From Rhodothermales bacterium (lineage in GTDB: Bacteria > Bacteroidota > Rhodothermia > Rhodothermales > VXPQ01): a stretch of DNA of 64,000 bases. The notes beneath the pieces were generated by a model. The model saw only the letters and a list, made by a program, of their open reading frames with translations, made no database searches and was not told the origin of the DNA. The stretch covers positions 1,160,731-1,224,730 of the forward strand of contig OX638293.1 in the NCBI GenBank assembly GCA_951812335.1. Direction: 5' to 3'. The position numbers and the translations under genes were made by a program. Below, one piece after another: positions 1 through 8,999 of this stretch (positions within the stretch are counted from its first letter, which is position 1; the number at the start of each line of letters is the position of its first letter).

Positions 1-854
1 CAGCGACCACAGGACTGGTCATCCCGCCCAGCAACATTCTCATCGTGTATTCGCTGGCGAGTGGCGGGGCGTCCATTGCCGCGCTCTTTCTTGCAGGGTA
101 TCTTCCTGGTATTCTCGTGGGCCTCGCACTCATGGCGGTGGCCGGGACCATCGCCTGGCGCAGGAAGTACGCACGTTCGGACCGGGTGCACGCAGGCCTC
201 GCGGTCCGAAAATTTCTCGATGCGCTTCCGAGTCTCTTTCTTCTGTTCGTCGTGATCGGCGGCATCGTGGCGGGCGTCTTCACAGCGACCGAAGCGTCCG
301 CTGTGGCCGTGGTCTACGCGCTTTTGCTGGCCATGCTGTACCGTGAGGTGTCCCTGAAGGATTTACCGTCCATTTTGCTTCAGTCCGCCTCGACGACGGC
401 TATCGTGATGCTGCTGGTAGGCACGTCGATGGGATTATCCTGGGCGATGTCTTACGAGAACATTCCGCAGAACGTGGCATCGACCCTCGTCGCGCTCAGC
501 GACAGCCCGATCGTGATCCTCCTGATCATAAATATCGTGTTGCTTTGCGTGGGCACATTCATGGACATCACGCCGGCCGTGCTCATCTTCACGCCCATTT
601 TTCTCCCCATCGTGACGGCTCTCGGGATGGACCCCGTTCATTTTGGCATCGTCATTGTCCTGAACCTCTGCGTGGGCATATGCACGCCACCCGTGGGCAC
701 GGTGCTGTTCGTGGGCTGCGGTGTGGCGGGCGTGCCTATTACGCGGGCGATCCGGCCGCTCATGCCGCTCTACATTGCCATGATCGTGTCGCTTATGATC
801 GTTACGTACGTGCCGGGGCTTAGTTTGTGGCTTCCCCGGGTCTTCGGATTCTGA
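1..854 (+). CDS. dctM: TRAP transporter large permease (DctM family), C-terminal part; 5' end lies outside the window
   Basis: The frame is open from nt 3 (..TTGLVIPPSNILIVYSLASGG..), so the listed start at 45 is internal. Continuous polytopic hydrophobic sequence is typical of the DctM C-terminal half. A uronate isomerase gene follows 22 nt downstream. Confidence 0.8.
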   Translation, partial: ATTGLVIPPSNILIVYSLASGGASIAALFLAGYLPGILVGLALMAVAGTIAWRRKYARSDRVHAGLAVRKFLDALPSLFLLFVVIGGIVAGVFTATEASAVAVVYALLLAMLYREVSLKDLPSILLQSASTTAIVMLLVGTSMGLSWAMSYENIPQNVASTLVALSDSPIVILLIINIVLLCVGTFMDITPAVLIFTPIFLPIVTALGMDPVHFGIVIVLNLCVGICTPPVGTVLFVGCGVAGVPITRAIRPLMPLYIAMIVSLMIVTYVPGLSLWLPRVFGF

Positions 855-876
855 GTCGGGATTTTTTCATGTTTGC

Positions 877-2322
877 TTGTCTGTTATGACGCCGCTTGCT
901 CTGCACCCGGATCGGTATTTCGACCCGAGTACGCGAAAGATTGCGCGGGATTTGTACGAAGGCGTCTGCGAGCTGCCGCTGGTGTGCCCGCACGGGCATG
1001 TCGATCCGGCTCTGCTTGCGCAAAACGAACGGCTTCCCGAGCCGTCCACCCTTATCGTCCGGCCCGATCATTATGTGCTGAGGATGCTCTATTCGCAGGG
1101 CGTCCCCCTGGAGGCGTTGGGTATACCCGTTGTGGACGGCGGGGAGGCGGGCAGAGCGATCGGGGGCGATCCTCCGGTCGAAACCGATCCGCGTGCTATC
1201 TGGCAACGCTTCGCCGAAAAATATCATCTGTTCCAGGGGACGCCCACCCGGTCCTGGCTCGACTACGAGTTTTATGAGACGCTCGGGATTCGAACGAAAC
1301 TGGACGACCACTCGGCAATGCGGATTTATGACGAAATCGAGGAAAAGCTGGCTACTCCGGAGTTTCTTCCGAGGGCGCTGTTCGATCGGTTCCGTATCGA
1401 GGTGCTTACGACCACAGATGGAGCCGCGGATTCCCTGAAGCATCACGAGGCAATCCGGAATGCCGACTGGAATGGCCGGGTCGTACCGTGTTTTCGGCCC
1501 GACGCACTCTTCAATATCGCTTCCCCCGATTGGCCGGCGGCCCTGAGAGAACTGGAGCGTGCAGTGGGGGAGGAAATCGGCGGCTACCGGGCATTCGTTG
1601 CTGCGCTGGAAAATCGCCGCGCATTTTTCAAGACGCTGGGCGCCGTTTCCACGGATCATGCGGTGCTGGAGCCGTATACGCACCGGCTTTCGGAGCGAGA
1701 AGCGTCCGCACTCTTCGAAGTAGCGCTGAGAGGTCTTGCGAGTGCAGAGGATCGGCAGCGGTTCGAGGCGCATATGCTGATGGAGATGGCGCGCATGAGC
1801 GTCGAAGACGGGATGACAATGCAGATTCATGCGGGATCCTTCCGAAATCACAACGAGGCGCTCATGAGGCGGTGCGGCCCGGACATGGGAGGCGATATAC
1901 CCGTACGGACCGAGTTTACCCGGAACCTGTGCGAATTGCTGAATGCATTTGGCTGCGACCGGCGATTCCGGCTTATTTTGTTCACCCTCGACGAAGCGAC
2001 GTATTCCAGAGAGTTGGCGCCGCTGGCTGGGCATTATCCCGCGCTGCGCCTCGGTCCCGCATGGTGGTTTTTCGACAGCATCGACGGGATGCGTCGATAC
2101 AGGCGCCTGATCACCGAAACGGCAGGCATCTACAACACCGCGGGGTTCAACGACGATACGCGGGCGTTTCTGTCCATTGCCGCTCGGCACGACCTGGCGC
2201 GCCGTGTGGATTGCGATTATGTAGCGCATCTGGTGGCGGAGCACCGAATCGACCTTGCCGACGGTCGCGAAATGGTCCGGGCCATGGCCGTCGATCTGGC
2301 GCGGGATGCATATGGACTATAA
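877..2322 (+). CDS. uxaC: Glucuronate (uronate) isomerase, amidohydrolase-fold type
   Basis: 481-aa ORF. The N-terminal pattern R.LY......P...PHGH......A.N..... then DHY..R.L...GV matches uronate isomerases. Its position next to a TRAP transporter fits hexuronate use. Confidence 0.8.
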   Translation: MSVMTPLALHPDRYFDPSTRKIARDLYEGVCELPLVCPHGHVDPALLAQNERLPEPSTLIVRPDHYVLRMLYSQGVPLEALGIPVVDGGEAGRAIGGDPPVETDPRAIWQRFAEKYHLFQGTPTRSWLDYEFYETLGIRTKLDDHSAMRIYDEIEEKLATPEFLPRALFDRFRIEVLTTTDGAADSLKHHEAIRNADWNGRVVPCFRPDALFNIASPDWPAALRELERAVGEEIGGYRAFVAALENRRAFFKTLGAVSTDHAVLEPYTHRLSEREASALFEVALRGLASAEDRQRFEAHMLMEMARMSVEDGMTMQIHAGSFRNHNEALMRRCGPDMGGDIPVRTEFTRNLCELLNAFGCDRRFRLILFTLDEATYSRELAPLAGHYPALRLGPAWWFFDSIDGMRRYRRLITETAGIYNTAGFNDDTRAFLSIAARHDLARRVDCDYVAHLVAEHRIDLADGREMVRAMAVDLARDAYGL

Positions 2323-2323
2323 T

Positions 2324-2342
2324 GGACTTAATCAGAGTATCC
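2324..2342 (+). repeat. Solo right terminus of the structured TIR repeat family (GGACTTAATCAGAGTATCC)
   Basis: The 19-nt string is identical to the right end of the full-length copies at 24899-24917 and 33779-33797. It starts 2 nt after the uxaC stop codon. Confidence 0.75.
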
Positions 2343-2513
2343 TATAAGGAGTCTGCCCGGATGCATGCACTCCGAACAGAGGCAACAGAGCCGTTGCGTT
2401 CCGTGAAACCAATGAGTTACCGATCGAAGACCGAAACATTGCTTCTCGCTTGCCCTGACGTAATCGTCGCATGAGGCGCCTGCCGTTGCCGGGCGCATGC
2501 CGTTTTGCGGTCT

Positions 2514-2533
2514 GGCCCGAACCGGGCGTTTTT
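2514..2533 (+). terminator. Weak intrinsic-terminator-like hairpin plus T-run
   Basis: GCCCG-AAC-CGGGC (5-bp GC stem, 3-nt loop) is followed by GTTTTTCC. It lies about 190 nt after the uxaC stop and 85 nt before the next gene. Confidence 0.3.
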
Positions 2534-2618
2534 CCGGAAAGGAAGGCCCGCACATCTCCGAGGCGCTTTTGCGCCTTGTGTATGACTATAAAGGAAGGTA
2601 AATTTCACGCTTCCGCAC

Positions 2619-3467
2619 ATGGATTCACCGGCAACCCATAACCAATCCTTCATCATCATGCCACGTACTGTTTTTACCCTGGAAGCCGCAACTCGAAACG
2701 CCACCCTGCCACATAGCCTTCCGGTTTTTGCGGCTCTGCTGGTTCTTGCTTTGGCTTTTTCCGCTTGCTCCGGCGCGGACGCAGATTCCGCCTCCGACAT
2801 ATCCCCGGACGACTGGCGTCCGCTTTTCGATGGAGAAACCCTTGATGGATGGATCGGGCTTGGCCGCGATGCGATTCCCGAAGGCCATTGGCAGGTGGAG
2901 GACGGGACCATCCGGAAGGTGGCTTCAGGGAACGTTCCGGTTGCCGAGGACGGCCAGCCGCTTGTGGGCGGCGACATTATGACGAAGGAGACGTTTGGGG
3001 ATTTCGAATTCGCCTTCGAATGGAAGGTGGCGGAAGGGGCGAATAGCGGGGTCAAGTATAATGTCTCCGAGGAATTGTCCACCTCTCTCCCCCCGAGGTA
3101 TGCAGCCCTCGGATTCGAATACCAGGTGCTGGACGACGATCGGCATCCCGACGGCGCCTTGCCTTCCCACCGGGCCGGAGCGCTGTACGACATGATCCCG
3201 GCAGGGGACGCCAAGGCGCTGAAACCGGTCGGGGAGTGGAACGAGAGCCGCATCGTGTTCCGGGGGATGCACGGGGAGCACTGGCTGAATGGCGCTATGG
3301 TCGTAGAGTACGACATGGATAGCCCGCGCTTCGATTCGCTTCTTGCCGCCAGCAAGTATGCGGATGTCGAGGGGTTTGCCGACCGCCGCGTCGGACATAT
3401 TGTGCTGCAGGATCACAGCGACGACGTATGGTTCCGCAATCTCCGGATTCGGGAACCGGAGGAGTAG
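2619..3467 (+). CDS. DUF1080 (3-keto-disaccharide hydrolase-like) domain lipoprotein
   Basis: Lipoprotein-type signal LLVLALAFSAC. The motifs W.PLFDG..LDGW, GD.MTKE.FGDFE..FEWK and HIVLQDH...VWFRNLRI are typical of DUF1080. The start could instead be the ATG at 2658. Confidence 0.8.
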   Translation: MDSPATHNQSFIIMPRTVFTLEAATRNATLPHSLPVFAALLVLALAFSACSGADADSASDISPDDWRPLFDGETLDGWIGLGRDAIPEGHWQVEDGTIRKVASGNVPVAEDGQPLVGGDIMTKETFGDFEFAFEWKVAEGANSGVKYNVSEELSTSLPPRYAALGFEYQVLDDDRHPDGALPSHRAGALYDMIPAGDAKALKPVGEWNESRIVFRGMHGEHWLNGAMVVEYDMDSPRFDSLLAASKYADVEGFADRRVGHIVLQDHSDDVWFRNLRIREPEE

Positions 3468-3650
3468 GCGCCTTCCGCATCCCGGGCGGCGCGGTTTCTC
3501 GATATCCGGGTTTGCTCTGCACAGGATATCTTCCGGCATGCGGGCAAGCAGCCTTTTGTTCTGTGCCTGTCCCTTGATAGACGTAGTGCGGTGGCGTATT
3601 CTTTATCCGCACCCCGTTCGATATCTACGCGCAAGCTCTGAGCAAACCAC

Positions 3651-5036
3651 ATGGAAACACAAAAACGCGACGCCTGGAGCTCGAATTTCGGCCTCGTTCT
3701 GGCTGCTACCGGCAGCGCTATCGGACTGGGCAACCTGTGGAAATTCCCTTTCATCACCTGGGAGAACAACGGCGGCGCTTTCGTTATCGTGTACCTGGTG
3801 TGCATCCTTTTGGTAGGGTTGCCCATTATGATGGCCGAATTGCTTATAGGCCGTCGGAGTCAGAAAAGCATTGTAGGGGCGCTCAGGGATGTGGCTGGAC
3901 CGGCCTGGAAGTTTGTGGGCGGCTGGGGGGTGTTATGCGGGTTCATTCTGTTGAGTTATTACACGGTTATCGCCGGTTGGTCTTTTTTCTATTTCTGGAA
4001 ATCCCTCGGGTGGACATTCGGCGGCTTTCCTGCGGATCTTTCGACAGGGGATCTCTTTGGCGCGCAGGTTGGCGACGCATGGCTCCAGTTCATGCTTTCG
4101 CTTGTGTTCAGCATTGCCACGGTCGGTGTAGTGTATTTCGGGGTGCAGAAGGGGATCGAGCGGGTGGCGAAGGTTCTTCTGCCTGTACTTTTCGGCATTC
4201 TCGTGCTGCTTCTCGTCAGTGCGCTTGGCATGAGCGGTTCAGGCGAGGCCCTGAAATTTATTTTCGAACCCCGATTCGGTGAACTCGAGTGGAGCGGCGT
4301 GCTCGAAGCGCTCGGCCATTCGTTCTTTACCCTTTCACTGGGTATGGGCGCCATGATTACGTACGGCTCCTATATTTCGCGCAAACAATCCATTGTAAAG
4401 TCTGCGGGAGCCATTGTCGCCTTCGACACGCTGATTGCACTGGTTGCCACGATCATCATGTTCTCGGTGATTTTCTCGGTGGCCGGATTGAGTGAGGAGG
4501 TAGGCAAGTCCACGGTCGGTATGCTTTTCATCTCGCTCCCCGAATTGTTTTATACCGTAATGCCTTTTGGAACAGTGCTGGGGCCGCTGTTCTATGTGCT
4601 GGTGGCGCTGGCGGCGCTGACCTCCACCATTTCGCTGCTCGAGGTGGAAACCAGTTTTCTGATCGACGAGCGCGGCATGAAACGCCAGAAGGCTGTGATC
4701 GTGTCGGGCGCCGCCATTTTCGTGTTCACGATTTTTGCGGCCCTGTCGTTCGGTTCCACGCCGGTGCTTTCGACGATGGTAGCTTTCGGGAAGACAGGCT
4801 GGTTCAGCATCGCCGACCACTTCGTCTCGAACTGGATGCTGCCTACCGGCGGGTTGGCTGTAGCGATTGCAGCAGGCTGGTTCATGACACGCAAAGCTAC
4901 GGAAGACGAACTGGTGGATGGCAATCAGCCCGACTGGTTCCGTTACGGGGCGTGGCGATTTTTCATCCGCTACGTGGCTCCGGTGGCGGTGCTGGCGATC
5001 ATCCTGGCCGTAATCCTGGGAAGGGATTTCAGTTAA
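3651..5036 (+). CDS. Sodium-dependent transporter, neurotransmitter:sodium symporter (SNF/NSS) family
   Basis: N-terminal W.S..G..LA..GSAIGLGNLWKFP signature and about 11-12 hydrophobic segments over 461 aa. Confidence 0.9.
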   Translation: METQKRDAWSSNFGLVLAATGSAIGLGNLWKFPFITWENNGGAFVIVYLVCILLVGLPIMMAELLIGRRSQKSIVGALRDVAGPAWKFVGGWGVLCGFILLSYYTVIAGWSFFYFWKSLGWTFGGFPADLSTGDLFGAQVGDAWLQFMLSLVFSIATVGVVYFGVQKGIERVAKVLLPVLFGILVLLLVSALGMSGSGEALKFIFEPRFGELEWSGVLEALGHSFFTLSLGMGAMITYGSYISRKQSIVKSAGAIVAFDTLIALVATIIMFSVIFSVAGLSEEVGKSTVGMLFISLPELFYTVMPFGTVLGPLFYVLVALAALTSTISLLEVETSFLIDERGMKRQKAVIVSGAAIFVFTIFAALSFGSTPVLSTMVAFGKTGWFSIADHFVSNWMLPTGGLAVAIAAGWFMTRKATEDELVDGNQPDWFRYGAWRFFIRYVAPVAVLAIILAVILGRDFS

Positions 5037-5094
5037 GGCGGGTTGCCCCCGTTGGAATGCAGGCATTCGAAGAGCCGAGCTATCCGGCACAAGG

Positions 5095-5170
5095 TTTACA
5101 AAAGACTCAAGCGCTTTACAAAAGACTCAATCGATTTTCAAGACGCTCAAGCACTTTACAAAATGCCATT
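5095..5170. repeat. 20-bp tandem repeat, about 3.8 units (TTTACAAAAGACTCAAGCGC)
   Basis: Units at 5095, 5115, 5135 and 5155. Units 1 and 2 differ at 3 positions and unit 3 is more diverged. An inverted TTGTAAA lies at 5181-5187. The repeat sits between two convergent genes. Confidence 0.85.
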
Positions 5171-5199
5171 CTGCGGGGACTTGTAAACGAATTCCTGCC

Positions 5200-6147
5200 T
5201 CATCTGCACATCACCTCCAGAAAAAGCTCCAGAAACCGCTCGGCTTCCACCTCCATGGCCACCTGCACGGTGGGTGCGTTCGATATGCTGTCTACCGGCT
5301 CTGCGGTCATCATGCCCCTGGTAGATCCTTGTTTGTCCACCACCTCGCAAACCATTCGTTTCGTGCGGATGAGGGTCGGATCCATGACGGCTCCCACGGC
5401 AAGCGGATCGTGCAGGGGGCATGCATCGCGCCCGCGTCGCTGCATGGCGAAATCAAAGTACGGTCCGGTTGCATCGAAAAGAAACTGGCGCAGTTTGCTC
5501 TCCTCCATGGACGCAAGGCGCCGATGAAAGCGAGCGCGGGAAAGGAGCGTCTGTTCCGTCACGTTCAGTCCGACCACCGTAACGGGCAGGCCGGATTGGA
5601 TCACGGTATGGGCCGCATACGGATCGGCGTAGAAGTTGAATTCGGCGCGTGACGTTACGTTACCTCGCCCGTCGCCGCAACCGCCCATGACGACGATTTC
5701 GCGGATGTTCGTCAGGGCCGCGGGGTCCCGTTCGAGGGCCGTGGCTACATTCGTAAGCGGTCCGAGCGCGATCAGTGTAAGTTTCCCCGGGTGACGCCGG
5801 GCCAAATCCGGGATGGCCTCAACGGCATGAACGCTCTCGGTTTGCAAATGCTGCACCGGCCAGACTTCCGAAACGCCGCCGATTCCATCCGCCCCATGCA
5901 CATGCTCGGCCCGCGTTACGGGAGGGCTGATCGGCTCGGCGCATCCGCTGAAGACGGGCGGCGGCTCGACTCCTGCAGCTTCAAGGATGCGCAGAGCATT
6001 CGCTGTGCAGGCATCGATCGGAACATTGCCGGCTACGACCGTAATCGCTCTTACGTCCAGCACGGGTGAACGCAGCGCCAGCACGAGCGCAAGCAGATCG
6101 TCCAGGCCGGGATCGGTGTCTATGAGGACGGGCTTGGGAAAAGGCAT
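5200..6147 (-). CDS. Nucleoside hydrolase (inosine/uridine-preferring family)
   Basis: N-terminal VLIDTDPGLDDLLAL (DxDxxxDD Ca-binding signature), 315 aa, family-typical length. Confidence 0.9.
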   Translation of the reverse strand: MPFPKPVLIDTDPGLDDLLALVLALRSPVLDVRAITVVAGNVPIDACTANALRILEAAGVEPPPVFSGCAEPISPPVTRAEHVHGADGIGGVSEVWPVQHLQTESVHAVEAIPDLARRHPGKLTLIALGPLTNVATALERDPAALTNIREIVVMGGCGDGRGNVTSRAEFNFYADPYAAHTVIQSGLPVTVVGLNVTEQTLLSRARFHRRLASMEESKLRQFLFDATGPYFDFAMQRRGRDACPLHDPLAVGAVMDPTLIRTKRMVCEVVDKQGSTRGMMTAEPVDSISNAPTVQVAMEVEAERFLELFLEVMCR

Positions 6148-6322
6148 TACGTGAAAGCAGGATTCGTTTCGGCGCAGGGGCGATCTTCAGGTTCCGAATA
6201 TGGCTGATCGCCAGGTCGATCCGCGGCGGAAATCATACGGCATGACAAGTCAAACAGCAGCCATTCCGATTCGATCCGTCATGCCCGCTACCTGTTGCCT
6301 GAATCTCTGATACAAAGTATTA

Positions 6323-6439
6323 GGATACTCTGATCAAGACCACTTCGCCCGGCACTTTACTTTCGTACGTAAAGGATGTCATGATTCCATCGTCGGAATT
6401 AACGATACTCTGATCGAAGCGGTTTTAATCAGAGTATCC
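6323..6439 (+). repeat. Structured TIR repeat family, short 117-bp variant
   Basis: Left TIR GGATACTCTGATCAAG, then the CTTTAC..GTAAAG and GATTCC..GGAATC hairpin modules, a degenerate second left end (CGATACTCTGATCGAAG), then the right TIR TTAATCAGAGTATCC. It lies in the divergent spacer before the TPR gene. Confidence 0.85.
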
Positions 6440-6527
6440 TGTTGTATGGGGCAAATAAAGGTCGTACATTTTACATTATACGTTGTGTCCTGCCCAAACC
6501 AGTGCTTCGAATCGACTGTACGGTGCC

Positions 6528-7733
6528 ATGAAAAGAACAAAAACCGCCGTCCTTCTTGTCTGCATCATGGGCGCTTTCCTGTGGATGGCCCCCGGCTGCT
6601 CAAGCGACCCTAATGTCGAGGGCGCCAAGCTGGACTTGCGCAACAGGGACTTCGATCGGGCGCTTGAGAATATTGCCGAAGCTCTTGCGCGTAACCCCGA
6701 TAATGCGGAAGCCCTTGAATTGAAGGGCCAGATTCTTCAGACACAGTCAGCGGAGACCTCCGATCCCGCGGAGTACATGGGGATTATTTATGAAATGCTT
6801 GACGCGTACGATGCGGCGATGGCGGCCGATCCCGGCCTCGAAAATTCGGTCTCGCGTTCCCGGATCATGGCATATGCCGACGTGTTCCGTAAAGGCATCC
6901 AGGCGTTCAATCGCGCTTCGGAGAACCCCGACGAATTCGAAGTGGCGGCGGAATATTTCGGACTTGCCTCCGAGATCATGCCTGATTCGTCCGGCCCCTA
7001 TGTCAACCAGGGGTTTGCCTTACTGAACGTCGGCATGGAAGACGATGCGATCGCCCCGCTCGAAATGGCGATCGAAAAGGGCGATAGTCAGAAAAACACG
7101 TTCCTTTTCCTCGGGGATGTTTACAATCGCCAGGGCAATACGGACAAGGCAATGGAAGTTTTTGGTCAAGCGGCGGAGTTATACCCCGAGGACGCCGACA
7201 TTCAGTCCCAGCTCCTGAATCTGTACGTACAGACAGGTCGAGCGGAAGAGGCGATGGCGGAATACCGGGCGGCGGTAGACCAGGATCCCAATAATGAGAT
7301 GCTGTTGTACAATTACGGCTCCCTGTTGCTTGAAGCAGAACAGTTCGACGAGGCGATTCATTATCTCGGTCGTGCTACAGAGGTCAGTCCCGACTATGCC
7401 AACGCGTATTACAACCTGGGGGCAGCTTATATCAACAAGGCCGTCATACTGGCTGAGCATATCAGCGGGATGGACGATGCGTTGAGGGAGGAACGGGACA
7501 ATCTGGAGGCTGATGAGATTTCCGCCCGCGAGACCGAAATGGATGTGCTTGCGGAGGAGCGCCGTACTCTTTTTAGTAGTGCGATACCGCATCTCGAGAC
7601 GGCGAAAGACCTTGTGGAAGCCGATGGCATCGATCCGACCAGCGTTTGTCAGGCCCTGTACACATCCTACGTGCAAACGAACCAAATGGATATGGTGGAA
7701 ACGGTTGCCGATTGTGCGGGATACGGCAATTGA
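6528..7733 (+). CDS. Tetratricopeptide-repeat lipoprotein
   Basis: The ATG at 6528 gives MKRTKTAVLLVCIMGAFLWMAPGCSS (lipobox). The rest consists of repeated TPR-like A..A..L.P....A..NLG units. Confidence 0.8.
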   Translation: MKRTKTAVLLVCIMGAFLWMAPGCSSDPNVEGAKLDLRNRDFDRALENIAEALARNPDNAEALELKGQILQTQSAETSDPAEYMGIIYEMLDAYDAAMAADPGLENSVSRSRIMAYADVFRKGIQAFNRASENPDEFEVAAEYFGLASEIMPDSSGPYVNQGFALLNVGMEDDAIAPLEMAIEKGDSQKNTFLFLGDVYNRQGNTDKAMEVFGQAAELYPEDADIQSQLLNLYVQTGRAEEAMAEYRAAVDQDPNNEMLLYNYGSLLLEAEQFDEAIHYLGRATEVSPDYANAYYNLGAAYINKAVILAEHISGMDDALREERDNLEADEISARETEMDVLAEERRTLFSSAIPHLETAKDLVEADGIDPTSVCQALYTSYVQTNQMDMVETVADCAGYGN

Positions 7734-7762
7734 CCTTTCCGCATCTTTTTCCGAAATACGCG

Positions 7763-7802
7763 GAGCCCGGACTTGGATATCAGGTTCGGGTTCTTTCTTT
7801 TT
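7763..7802 (+). terminator. Intrinsic terminator after the TPR gene
   Basis: GAGCCCGGAC / GTTCGGGTTC form a 10-bp stem (two G-U pairs) with an 11-nt loop, followed by TTTCTTTTT. It lies 30 nt after the stop codon. Confidence 0.55.
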
Positions 7803-7813
7803 GAAAAATTGCT

Positions 7814-8983
7814 ATGGCGAAAACCACCCGACAATCCCAGGGATTCGGCACATTGGCCGTTCATGCGGGGCAAAAGCCGGACCCTGTCACAGGCGCGATC
7901 ATGACTCCCGTGTACCAGACCTCGACATTCGTGCAAGAGGCTCCGGCAGAGCACCGGGGATACGAATATGCGCGTGTCTCCAATCCGACGCGTACGGCGC
8001 TGGAAGAAAACCTTGCTGCGCTGGAAGGCGCGGCGCACGGCATTTGCTTCGCTTCGGGCATGGCCGCCCTCGACGCTGTGCTGAAGCGACTGCGCCCCGG
8101 CGATCATGTGCTGGGTATGGCTGACATCTATGCCGGCACGATTCGTCTCTTTCGGGAAGTGTTCGAGCCCTACGGCCTTATCTTCAGTTTTGTGGATATG
8201 ACCGACCTGCAAGCCGTGCAGGCCGCCGTGCGGCCAGAAACGAAACTGCTATGGATCGAAACCCCAACCAATCCATTGTTACGGGTGGTGGATATTGCGG
8301 CCGTATCCGAAATAGCTCATGCTTCGGGAATCGATGTGGCGGTTGACAATACGTTTGCATCGCCGTTTCTTCAGCAGCCATTGGCTCTCGGGGCAGATAT
8401 GTCCCTGCATTCCACGACCAAATATCTTGGGGGCCACTCCGATGTGATTGGCGGCGCTGTTCTGACGAACGACGACGAGTGGGCCGAACGCCTCCGGTTT
8501 CAGGTAACGGCCTCGGGCGCTGCCCCCGCCCCCCTGGATTGCTTTCTGGTGCTGCGCAGCACCAAGACGCTGCATCTGCGTATGGAGCGGCATTGCCGGA
8601 ATGCCCATGCGATAGCAACCTTTCTTCGGGAGCACCCGAAAGTAGGGCGTGTTCATTTTCCGGGTTTGTCTGACGATCCTGGCTACGAGATGGCCCGCAG
8701 GCAGATGCGGGATTTCGGGGGGATGCTGTCTTTTTCGCTGGCGAACGATCGCATGGAAGGAGCTGTTCGCATGATGGCGGAACTACGCATCGTTTCATTG
8801 GCGGAAAGCCTCGGGGGCGTGGAAAGCCTTATTGAACACCCGGCTACGATGACGCATGCCTTCCTTTCACGAGAAGAGCGGGAGGGATTCGGGATCACCG
8901 ATTCCCTGATGCGGCTCTCTGTGGGTGTAGAGGAGGAGACGGACCTGATTGCCGATCTTGACGCTGCGCTTGCCGCCGCATAG
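7814..8983 (+). CDS. Trans-sulfuration PLP enzyme (cystathionine gamma-synthase / gamma-lyase family)
   Basis: Contains ..AVHAG...D..TGA...P.Y.TSTF.. and the PLP-lysine motif STTKYLGGHSDVIGG. 389 aa. Confidence 0.9.
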   Translation: MAKTTRQSQGFGTLAVHAGQKPDPVTGAIMTPVYQTSTFVQEAPAEHRGYEYARVSNPTRTALEENLAALEGAAHGICFASGMAALDAVLKRLRPGDHVLGMADIYAGTIRLFREVFEPYGLIFSFVDMTDLQAVQAAVRPETKLLWIETPTNPLLRVVDIAAVSEIAHASGIDVAVDNTFASPFLQQPLALGADMSLHSTTKYLGGHSDVIGGAVLTNDDEWAERLRFQVTASGAAPAPLDCFLVLRSTKTLHLRMERHCRNAHAIATFLREHPKVGRVHFPGLSDDPGYEMARRQMRDFGGMLSFSLANDRMEGAVRMMAELRIVSLAESLGGVESLIEHPATMTHAFLSREEREGFGITDSLMRLSVGVEEETDLIADLDAALAAA

Positions 8984-8999
8984 ACAAGCGCCCTTTTTT
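8966..8999 (+). terminator. Intrinsic terminator overlapping the end of the PLP-enzyme gene
   Basis: GCGCTTG / CAAGCGC form a 7-bp stem with a 12-nt loop containing the TAG stop, followed by CCTTTTTT. Confidence 0.5.

Noticed and set aside
820-2244. 474-aa minus-strand ORF opposite uxaC
   Set aside because: It is fully antisense to a well-supported gene, rich in Arg/Pro/Gly and shows no recognisable family motifs. This is a typical long antisense ORF of high-G+C DNA.
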